Shown one piece after another: positions 7,521 to 14,136 of a DNA stretch of 24,502 nucleotides. The notes beneath the pieces are model-generated. The model was given only the letters and a program-made list of their open reading frames with translations, had not been told where the DNA came from and made no database searches. The position numbers were made by a program, and so were the translations under genes. Within the stretch, counting starts at the first letter, position 1, and each line of letters begins with the position of its first letter. This DNA comes from a virus, in IMG/VR virus record IMGVR_UViG_3300038316_000210; one strand, written 5' to 3'.

Positions 7521-7826
7521 GTGTATCATGCATTTTTACCTACATTTTCCATACGTGCCGCACTGGAAATAAAGGTAGGAATGACAAAAAATAAGTATTC
7601 AGTAATCAAAGTAATACACATGGCAGAAATGTGTCAGTATGTCTTTACGTGTGTTAAGGATGGAATTGTCGAGTATCATTACCTGTATTGCGCTGATCTT
7701 CTCGAAGCGGTCAAGAAGCATGAGATGATTTATGGGTTTGAGTATCATGTGAGGAATGTTGAAGTTCAGGAGGGAAAATCACCCGATAGGTTTCAGTCTA
7801 AAATTGAGGATTACATCATCTCCTAG
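7521..7826 (+). CDS. hypothetical protein (true start uncertain: 7521, 7581 or 7620)
   Basis: Only sizeable ORF between the control region and the tRNA operon; TATA-like tract at 7481-7497. Confidence 0.6.
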   Translation: MYHAFLPTFSIRAALEIKVGMTKNKYSVIKVIHMAEMCQYVFTCVKDGIVEYHYLYCADLLEAVKKHEMIYGFEYHVRNVEVQEGKSPDRFQSKIEDYIIS

Positions 7827-7875
7827 AATCAAAAAATTTACCCCTTTCTTTATATAGAAACATGCAAAATCCGAC

Positions 7876-7958
7876 CCTATCTTTCAAAAATGGTATAATG
7901 ATATGGTTGGAGAATGTTGGTGTTTATTTTGCATGTTTTACTCTTCAATTTGGGCTTA
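7876..7958. repeat. copy B of the 83-bp element, overlapping a 13-bp inverted repeat (7858-7870/7926-7938)
   Basis: AAACATGCAAAAT / ATTTTGCATGTTT perfect inverted repeat between convergent genes. Confidence 0.7.
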
Positions 7959-7966
7959 TCCCAAAA

Positions 7967-8206
7967 CTACCATGAGAAGAGTGCAATGAGGAACCAAATG
8001 AAACCTGATAGTGCCTCACTTACAGCACTCAATTTCATGTTCATGGTAGCAAATGTGATAGCGAGAGCGAAGAGTCCAATTGAAGTGAAGAGCGCGGTAA
8101 AAATGTTCACAGAACCATTGTTGAAGATACAATCGTTCAGTTGAGGAAGAAGAGTAAACGAAAAAGAGAAACCAACGATACTAATGATTTTATCTTGCCA
8201 TGTCAT
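7967..8206 (-). CDS. PQ-loop/SemiSWEET-like 3-TM membrane protein
   Basis: 79 aa with three hydrophobic helices; LLPQ at the end of TM1. Confidence 0.6.
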   Translation of the reverse strand: MTWQDKIISIVGFSFSFTLLPQLNDCIFNNGSVNIFTALFTSIGLFALAITFATMNMKLSAVSEALSGFIWFLIALFSW

Positions 8207-8218
8207 GTTCTATTACCA

Positions 8219-8355
8219 TTCTCCCGGCAGGACTCGAACCTGCATTACCGGATTTATTCAGAGTGTGACAGGTGTTACCGCCCGCTTCAGGTTAAATTGT
8301 GAGTTTTACCCACACTCTTTCAAATTCCGGCATGATACCATTACACTACGGGAGT
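8219..8355 (-). tRNA. tRNA-Gln(UUG) with a 66-nt BHB intron (8254-8319) at the canonical 37/38 position
   Basis: Stem CCGGA/TCCGG; ATTT(32-35) pairs with GAAT; 3-nt bulges GAA and AAA; intron helix AGAGTGTG/CACACTCT; T arm GCAGG-TTCGAGT-CCTGC. A1.A72 mismatch and A32 are atypical. Confidence 0.85.
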
Positions 8356-8358
8356 AAA

Positions 8359-8434
8359 CGCACCGTGTTGGAATCGAACCAACATACTCCCAAGCGTTCC
8401 TTCCTGGGTGTTTTACCTATAATAACTACAGTGC
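8359..8434 (-). ncRNA. tRNA-like RNA 'Y' without a canonical anticodon loop
   Basis: Acceptor GCACTGT/ACGGTGC; T arm GTTGG-TTCGATT-CCAAC; anticodon arm CCCAGG-AAGGAACG-CTTGGG (purine-rich loop, no U33). Confidence 0.7.
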
Positions 8435-8436
8435 AA

Positions 8437-8509
8437 AGGTCATGGTGAGATTTGAACTCACGATCTGTGGATTACAAATCCACTGCATTAGCCTCTGTGC
8501 TACATGACC
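8437..8509 (-). tRNA. tRNA-Thr(UGU)
   Basis: GGTCATG/CATGACC acceptor; GTGGA-TTTGTAA-TCCAC anticodon arm; GTGAG-TTCAAAT-CTCAC T arm; U73; no CCA. Confidence 0.95.
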
Positions 8510-8512
8510 AAA

Positions 8513-8597
8513 TGGATGTGGATGGATTTGAACCACCGTGTCCATTGGTAAGAATAATATCTTACCAGCGCACCTTACCAGTCTAGGTTACACACCC
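8513..8597 (-). ncRNA. tRNA-like RNA 'X' with the anticodon arm replaced by a long hairpin
   Basis: Acceptor GGGTGTG/CACATCC; D stem ACCT/AGGT; T arm GGTGG-TTCAAAT-CCATC; TGGTAAGA-TATTAT-TCTTACCA in place of an anticodon loop. Confidence 0.75.
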
Positions 8598-8599
8598 AA

Positions 8600-8683
8600 T
8601 GCGTCAAGTAGGATTTGCACCTACGATAGTCCTTCGACACACGATTTTAAGTCGTGTCTTTTTGACTGCTCAAGCATTGACGC
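8600..8683 (-). tRNA. tRNA-Leu(UAA), type II
   Basis: GCGTCAA/TTGACGC acceptor; CACGA-CTTAAAA-TCGTG anticodon arm; variable arm GTC-GAAG-GAC; T loop TGCAAAT; A73. Confidence 0.88.
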
Positions 8684-8785
8684 TCTACTTACTTCATTAC
8701 ACGTTGAACAATAAATAACTTACGTTATAATTTTAATATACAAATGGAAGGATTTAATTAACTATAATAAAAACACATAAGATAT

Positions 8786-9187
8786 ATGATGAGTAATAGT
8801 TTATCTGATCTTGCTTATTGTGGTGGATTATTCGACGGTGAGGGATGTGTTACACTTACAAAAGACGGTGATTCAAATTATAGATTACGATTGAAAATAA
8901 CATCAACTGATTATTCTGTTCTTACATGGTTACAAGATCATTTTGGAGGGTCAATTATTCTTTCACGTAAGGAAACTGATAATAATAAAGAATCATGGGA
9001 TTGGTATTGTAAAACTGAAGATCAGATTGTGTTTCTGTTTGGTATTCTCCCTTACACTATAATCAAACGCGCACAAATCATTGAAGCATTGAACTACCAC
9101 TTTGAAAAACAGAATGGTGGAAAGTTAACTGAAGATGAATTTGCATTACGAGAAAGATATTACATGAAATTAAAATCAATGAAATAA
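8786..9187 (+). CDS. free-standing single-motif LAGLIDADG homing endonuclease
   Basis: LAYCGGLFDGEGC motif; GGSI and C-terminal LPYTIIKRAQ pattern typical of the family; 133 aa. Confidence 0.9.
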   Translation: MMSNSLSDLAYCGGLFDGEGCVTLTKDGDSNYRLRLKITSTDYSVLTWLQDHFGGSIILSRKETDNNKESWDWYCKTEDQIVFLFGILPYTIIKRAQIIEALNYHFEKQNGGKLTEDEFALRERYYMKLKSMK

Positions 9188-9197
9188 CCTCAAAATA

Positions 9198-9220
9198 CTC
9201 TTCTTTTCTTTCTTCTTTTT
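9198..9220 (+). terminator. polypyrimidine/oligo-T terminator-like tract
   Basis: CTCTTCTTTTCTTTCTTCTTTTT right after the LAGLIDADG stop. Confidence 0.5.
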
Positions 9221-9228
9221 ATACTTAA

Positions 9229-9245
9229 CCGAAAGGTTTATATAG
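9229..9245 (+). promoter_or_regulatory. late-operon promoter CCGAAAGGTTTATATAG
   Basis: Exact AAANNTTTATATA with a BRE-like CGAAA, upstream of the structural operon. Confidence 0.8.
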
Positions 9246-9360
9246 TAGTAATTAAAGATATAAATTATATTATATCTATTTGTTAAGTAGGTATAATAAA
9301 CTACATTTTTGTGGTTTATTTTTTTATATAGAGGGGTGAATAAAAATCGTTTCTGAACGT

Positions 9361-10431
9361 ATGTTTGTGGATGGACCTGTTTTCCCAATTGCACAGAAGA
9401 ATAGAAATGGATGGGGTGTTCCTCACGATTCTATTGATTCTGCTATTTCTTCGTTAAAAACATCCGTAGTTCGAATTTGCCCCTCTATTTTTGGTGAAAG
9501 TGAACATCACTGTGATATTACGGGTAGCAGGAAGGATGAAATCGGTAAAATCGTTGATGCTTACCAGAAAGATAATGAGGTAAGAGCAGTTGTTGAGATT
9601 ACTGATTCTACCGCTATTTCCAAGTTGAGTGATGGAACATGGGAACCTACATGGTCTGTGTTCGGTGGTGGTGTGCGTGATTCTGACGGTTGGATTCATG
9701 GGTATAACAATGAATCGTTAACGTTTGTTAAAAAACCTGCATGGGAAACTGCTAAAGGTGAAATATTCTTTTCTGCAAGTGAAGATGGAAAAACAGAAGT
9801 TAAAAATTTAAAATCATATACAAAACTTGGTTTAAACCAGGATAAAGAAGATAATAGTAAATTTTATGCTTCTCTTTTAAATTCTGATGATTTCCTTACA
9901 GACAATTCATTTTCTGATACTATTGAAACTTCTAAAGGTGATTTTATGGTAGATACTATTATTGAAAACACTCCTACCGAGGGTGTTGATTTTGAGAAGG
10001 TAGTTGCCTCGAAGGAAGAGGAAATTGCCAAACTTAAGGAACAGATTAAAACGATGGAGAAGGTGCAGGCTGCCGCTATTTCCCCTGACACGTTTGAAAC
10101 CGTTGTTGCTTCTCGTATTGATGTTGCACTGAAGGCAGAGCGTGAGCGTATCGAGAAGGAACATGCTCTTACTGATTATAAAAACGTGTGTGCTTCGCTT
10201 GAGATTGCACCCGAAGTAGAGCGGTTCCAGAGTGAGAAGTTTTCCGCTTCGGATGTGCGTATGCACATTGATCTTCTGAATAAGGTTGCAGGTAAGCGTG
10301 AGAACGTTGAAGCGGGCGCTCCCTTGTATTCCAATACTCCTGAAAAGAAGGGTGAGACTCCTGAATCGTTCCAGAATGAATCTGGTTGGACTGTTGGTTA
10401 TTACCGTGACGGTCAGTGGTTCGCAGAGTAA
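9361..10431 (+). CDS. prohead protease-scaffold fusion (possible true start ATC 9346)
   Basis: First gene of the head module; N-terminal KNRNG..H..S..TFVKKPAW protease-like domain followed by an acidic coiled-coil region. Confidence 0.75.
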   Translation: MFVDGPVFPIAQKNRNGWGVPHDSIDSAISSLKTSVVRICPSIFGESEHHCDITGSRKDEIGKIVDAYQKDNEVRAVVEITDSTAISKLSDGTWEPTWSVFGGGVRDSDGWIHGYNNESLTFVKKPAWETAKGEIFFSASEDGKTEVKNLKSYTKLGLNQDKEDNSKFYASLLNSDDFLTDNSFSDTIETSKGDFMVDTIIENTPTEGVDFEKVVASKEEEIAKLKEQIKTMEKVQAAAISPDTFETVVASRIDVALKAERERIEKEHALTDYKNVCASLEIAPEVERFQSEKFSASDVRMHIDLLNKVAGKRENVEAGAPLYSNTPEKKGETPESFQNESGWTVGYYRDGQWFAE

Positions 10432-10455
10432 AATAAATAATTGAGGTGAATTTAT

Positions 10456-11397
10456 ATGGGTTACTATGGTTTTGTCGAGCCGGATAATAAGGTTATTGCG
10501 TATGCGCCCAATTCTATTCTGATTCAGGAAGAGAAGGCAGAAGCAGCGACTATTAAGCCGGGCATGGTTGTAATGAAAGGCACGAATGATGATGATGTTG
10601 TCATTTGTGATGGAGTTTCTAAGGCACCGTTTGGCGTTGCCGGGTTTGAGCAGAGTTTCTTAGGTGCTGCATCATCTACGTCTAATCGTCCTGCTAATGT
10701 TAAGACCGCGTTTGCTACGAGTGCGCGCGTTCCTGTGCTTGGTGGTGGCGGTTTCGTTGCCATGACTGTCCTCGCCCCTGGTGTTGGCACTGTTAAGGGC
10801 GATTTACTTGCATCTTGGGGCGGTGGAACGGTTGTTCCTGTTGTGCCTATGCCTGGAGGGTTAGGTGTCAGAATTCCGTTTGTTAAGAATGCTACGGAGT
10901 TTGATACTGGCGTTGATCTTCCAGAGGGAATTATTGTTTCTGATGTCATTGTTGAAGTAACTACAAAGGTTGCTGATGCTACTATTGATGTTGGGCTTCT
11001 GTATGCAGAGGATAATAATGGTGGTGACGCTGATGGTTTCCTCGATGATGAATCGTGTGCTGCTGCTGGATTTGTGAAGCACAACAATGTAGATGCTACT
11101 GCTACTAATAACACGCTTGGTGCGTATCTTGTTGAGTCTGATATTACGGATGCCGATTCTACTACTCCGTTAACTTACAGTGTTCCTGGTATTCATGTTG
11201 TAAATGGTGGCCAGGTTTCTGTTTCGTATACTACTACTGACAGTGCCAATCTTGCCGGTAATATTTACGTTGTGTGTGCTGCTCCCGGATTCCAGATTGT
11301 AGGACGCGCTGAAGAGACTCTTGCACCTGTTACTGTTACTGCTGATAATGTTACGTCTTACGTCAGTCAGGCCGTTATGTCAAGGGTGTATATTTAA
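10456..11397 (+). CDS. capsid decoration/cement protein with an inserted beta-sandwich domain
   Basis: Between scaffold and MCP; IKPGMVV..PFGVA..KGDLL..GGG and C-terminal VGRAEE cement-type motifs; GAGGTGA RBS. Confidence 0.65.
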   Translation: MGYYGFVEPDNKVIAYAPNSILIQEEKAEAATIKPGMVVMKGTNDDDVVICDGVSKAPFGVAGFEQSFLGAASSTSNRPANVKTAFATSARVPVLGGGGFVAMTVLAPGVGTVKGDLLASWGGGTVVPVVPMPGGLGVRIPFVKNATEFDTGVDLPEGIIVSDVIVEVTTKVADATIDVGLLYAEDNNGGDADGFLDDESCAAAGFVKHNNVDATATNNTLGAYLVESDITDADSTTPLTYSVPGIHVVNGGQVSVSYTTTDSANLAGNIYVVCAAPGFQIVGRAEETLAPVTVTADNVTSYVSQAVMSRVYI

Positions 11398-11420
11398 ATA
11401 TTTTTTGAGGTGACTATAAA

Positions 11421-12269
11421 ATGACTTTTCCCGTTGAATATTACAGACAGATAAAGGATGCCATTGTCTTTACCGCGCGTAAACAGGCAGTAGCACGTAA
11501 GATTATTAATACCCGTAACATTTCCGGTGGTATTGGCGTTCAACAGTGGACGTATGATACTGCAAATGAAGTTTCGGATGCTCTGCTGACGTATCAGTTC
11601 ACTGACACGGCTGAAGATTGGATTGAACTTGCTCGTACTGACATTCCTATTCCGCTTCTGCATAAAGAGTTCCGTATTTCTCGTCGTGATCTTGCCGCTG
11701 CTGCTCGCGGTGGATTTGGTATTTCGACCGCTACTGTTTCGAGTGCTGCCTACAAGGTTATGAATCTTGAGAACCAGTTAATTCTTAATGGTTTTGCTGC
11801 CGATGGAACTAACTATGATATCAGGGGTCTTTACCAGAGTGCAGGTAATTCTTACACTGGTTCTAATGACTTTGGAACTGCCGGAAAGCCGATTGAGGCG
11901 GTTGCAGGTGCCATTGATCTGATGCAGGCTGATAATATTACCGGCCCGTATAACCTTGTTCTGAATCCCACGCAGTATATGGAACTTGCAATTTCGATTC
12001 TTGGTTCTGGTGCAGGTGAGCGTGAGATTGCAATGGTTAAGGAGATTCTTGAGGGTGGAAGTATTTATTCTACGTCCTTCCAGACAGCCGGAACGGGTAT
12101 GCTTCTTGCTGATGCTTCCGCCGGTTTCTTCGAGATGGTTGTCGCGCAGGATATGACCACTGAGACTGAAGTTCTCCAGAAGTCGAAGGATCTTTGGGGT
12201 AGAGTTTACGAGTGCGTTATTCCTGTCGTGTATGATTCTAATGCGATTTGTAAGTTAACTACTATCTAA
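11421..12269 (+). CDS. major capsid protein, HK97 fold, encapsulin (Linocin M18)-like
   Basis: IPIPLLHKEFRISRRDLAAAARGG..AAYKVMNLENQLILNG and GPYNLVLNP motifs; 282 aa with no delta domain; strong RBS. Confidence 0.88.
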   Translation: MTFPVEYYRQIKDAIVFTARKQAVARKIINTRNISGGIGVQQWTYDTANEVSDALLTYQFTDTAEDWIELARTDIPIPLLHKEFRISRRDLAAAARGGFGISTATVSSAAYKVMNLENQLILNGFAADGTNYDIRGLYQSAGNSYTGSNDFGTAGKPIEAVAGAIDLMQADNITGPYNLVLNPTQYMELAISILGSGAGEREIAMVKEILEGGSIYSTSFQTAGTGMLLADASAGFFEMVVAQDMTTETEVLQKSKDLWGRVYECVIPVVYDSNAICKLTTI

Positions 12270-12284
12270 GGTGGGTGATTTACA

Positions 12285-12674
12285 ATGTCTTGGAGTAATA
12301 TTACAGAACTACGCGGTTTGGTGGAGACTGAAATATCAGACTCCACTCTCCAAGATATTCTTGATATTGCACAGAGATACATTGAATCACGCGTTGGCGT
12401 TCAATTAAACCCTTCATATGAAATCCAAACGGCTCATCTTTTTAAATCAGCCGCACTCACCCTAAAGCGAATGAAAACAAACGGCGAATTGCCGTATATG
12501 TCAAAATTGGGATCAGCCCAACAATATAATGAAATCGACGATATAATCAAAATGTATGAGAAAGAAACGTCATCGTTAATTCGCAAATCAATTTTCAGTG
12601 TTCAGAAAGCCTCAACTGGATTACCATATGTTCGGTCAAGATGCAATTACGTTGAGGATGAAGAAAATGGATAA
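12285..12674 (+). CDS. head-tail adaptor (SPP1 gp15/HK97 gp6-like)
   Basis: Directly after the MCP; helical ISDSTLQDILDIAQRYIESRVG pattern. Confidence 0.7.
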   Translation: MSWSNITELRGLVETEISDSTLQDILDIAQRYIESRVGVQLNPSYEIQTAHLFKSAALTLKRMKTNGELPYMSKLGSAQQYNEIDDIIKMYEKETSSLIRKSIFSVQKASTGLPYVRSRCNYVEDEENG

Positions 12675-12924
12675 TACGGAAACATGCGAATTACAACATT
12701 GTCGTTTACGGACTGACATTTTATGTGAAGTTCAGCGTAGGGAAGAGAAGCAGGATGAACGATTCCTCGCCCTTATTGAAGAACTAAGACACGATTGGAA
12801 AGAAACAAAAAAGGAAGTAAGTTCAATAAAAGATACGATGATTACGGGTTTTATTACGTTAATCATTACTATTATTGGTGTTTTCGCTACTTACATTTTT
12901 ATGAATGTTATTGGGTTCATTTAA
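12667..12924 (+). CDS. coiled-coil protein with a C-terminal TM helix (holin/XhlA-like architecture)
   Basis: Likely start ATG 12667 (8-nt overlap); charged coiled coil then ITGFITLIITIIGVFATYIFMNVIGFI. Confidence 0.6.
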   Translation: MDNTETCELQHCRLRTDILCEVQRREEKQDERFLALIEELRHDWKETKKEVSSIKDTMITGFITLIITIIGVFATYIFMNVIGFI

Positions 12925-12933
12925 GGTGGTTTT

Positions 12934-13314
12934 ATGCAACAGAGCGGGTTCAAAATGAATAATATACTGAAGAAATTGGGCGCTCTACATACTTTTCTTA
13001 TACAGGAATCTACAACTCCCGCCGACACTTTTTATCAGGAATCCACCACTGAATATGAAGAAGTAGAATATTGGGCGGCTGTTCTCCCTGCCCGCGCATA
13101 TGATCTTCATTCTAATGTCTTTGCCTGTCAAGATCGTTCTGGAATAGAACAATTTGGTATTATTAATATTTTCATTAGTATTACTGATGGTGATACTCTC
13201 GTAATCAATCGTGATTATTATTCTGATTCTGTGGGGCGCTACCAAATTGTAGGAAAGGAAATCTACGGAACATCTTACTATCTTCTTGAGGCACACCTGG
13301 AGACTGCATCATGA
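12934..13314 (+). CDS. head closure/stopper protein (SPP1 gp16-like)
   Basis: Position, size and beta-rich composition. Confidence 0.55.
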   Translation: MQQSGFKMNNILKKLGALHTFLIQESTTPADTFYQESTTEYEEVEYWAAVLPARAYDLHSNVFACQDRSGIEQFGIINIFISITDGDTLVINRDYYSDSVGRYQIVGKEIYGTSYYLLEAHLETAS

Positions 13315-13733
13315 AAACGGTGGTGTATGGTGTAGAAGAAACTAATGCTAAGTTAAGTCAAATTCTTGCTGTTGTGCAAGATAATGTGGATAACGCGCTT
13401 GATCTTTTCAGTGGTGATATGACGAAAGAAATCAAGGATTCAGCCCCGTATGATACAGGACGTTATATGAGTTCTTGGTTCTACGAGCGTAAAGAATCAT
13501 TGAAGTATGCAATTATAAGTCAAAATTCTTACGTGCCTTACAATACGTATCTTGTGTTTGGCACTGAAAAATTCAAACCGATTGCAAATGAATCACGCTA
13601 TAAGTATTCTGACTCTGATCGTGGTATTATCCATGATGTAAGACAGATTAAGTTTATATATAGTATTAAACTTGGTCAATTAATTAAGCGTGTGAACTTA
13701 ATAGGTGCAAACATATCATTAGCGGGGTTATAA
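13311..13733 (+). CDS. tail completion protein (HK97 gp10-like)
   Basis: SAPYDTGRYMSSW, matching the APVDTG.L..S motif. Confidence 0.75.
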   Translation: MKTVVYGVEETNAKLSQILAVVQDNVDNALDLFSGDMTKEIKDSAPYDTGRYMSSWFYERKESLKYAIISQNSYVPYNTYLVFGTEKFKPIANESRYKYSDSDRGIIHDVRQIKFIYSIKLGQLIKRVNLIGANISLAGL

Positions 13734-14131
13734 TGGATATAGATGGTGTTTTAAAGGAACTTGCAGATTTTATTGAAGAGAAAGTTCCAGAACTTGATAA
13801 AAAGGTTACTACCATTTATCCTGAAACAGAAAGATTTGCTCCTCCTACCATTGTAATAGACATTGTAGCGGGGAGGGAAACCCTAATTGTTGATGGAACA
13901 AAGACACATGAGTTAGTGCGTATTGCAATCGTCTCTGATAAGAAGAGTGAAATCAATCGCATTTTTAATTTAATTACAAATGCTTTTTTGGATTATGGAC
14001 GGGAACTTACATTATGTGCTTACGGTGGTGTGAGTTATATTTCTCCTGTTGCTCCTGCATTTGTAGAAAAGAATAGTATTTTGAAACGCGAATTGGATAT
14101 TGTTGTAATTGAATTTAGAAAGAGAGGTTGA
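13733..14131 (+). CDS. tail terminator protein
   Basis: Immediately before the tail tube; PPTIVIDIV pattern. Confidence 0.6.
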   Translation: MDIDGVLKELADFIEEKVPELDKKVTTIYPETERFAPPTIVIDIVAGRETLIVDGTKTHELVRIAIVSDKKSEINRIFNLITNAFLDYGRELTLCAYGGVSYISPVAPAFVEKNSILKRELDIVVIEFRKRG

Positions 14132-14136
14132 ATTTT

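Noticed and set aside
7914-8144. 76-aa plus-strand ORF
   Set aside because: Antisense shadow of the PQ-loop-like gene
8254-8319. Box C/D guide RNA inside the tRNA-Gln intron (two CTGA motifs)
   Set aside because: No RTGATGA-like C or C' box, and the sequence before the second CTGA pairs with the intron's own 5' end
8541-8570. Short intron in tRNA-like X restoring an AAG or TAC anticodon
   Set aside because: No placement gives the two 3-nt bulges of a BHB; the spliced loop would have G32 or C37 and a poor stem
9176-9394. 72-aa minus-strand ORF
   Set aside because: Spans the late promoter and terminator; low-complexity composition
10524-11114. 196-aa antisense ORF and other minus-strand ORFs across the late operon (9454, 9864, 9907, 11394, 12985, 14758, 15137, 15288, 15601, 16033, 16912, 20562, 22164, 22976)
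   Set aside because: Fully overlap well-supported plus-strand structural genes
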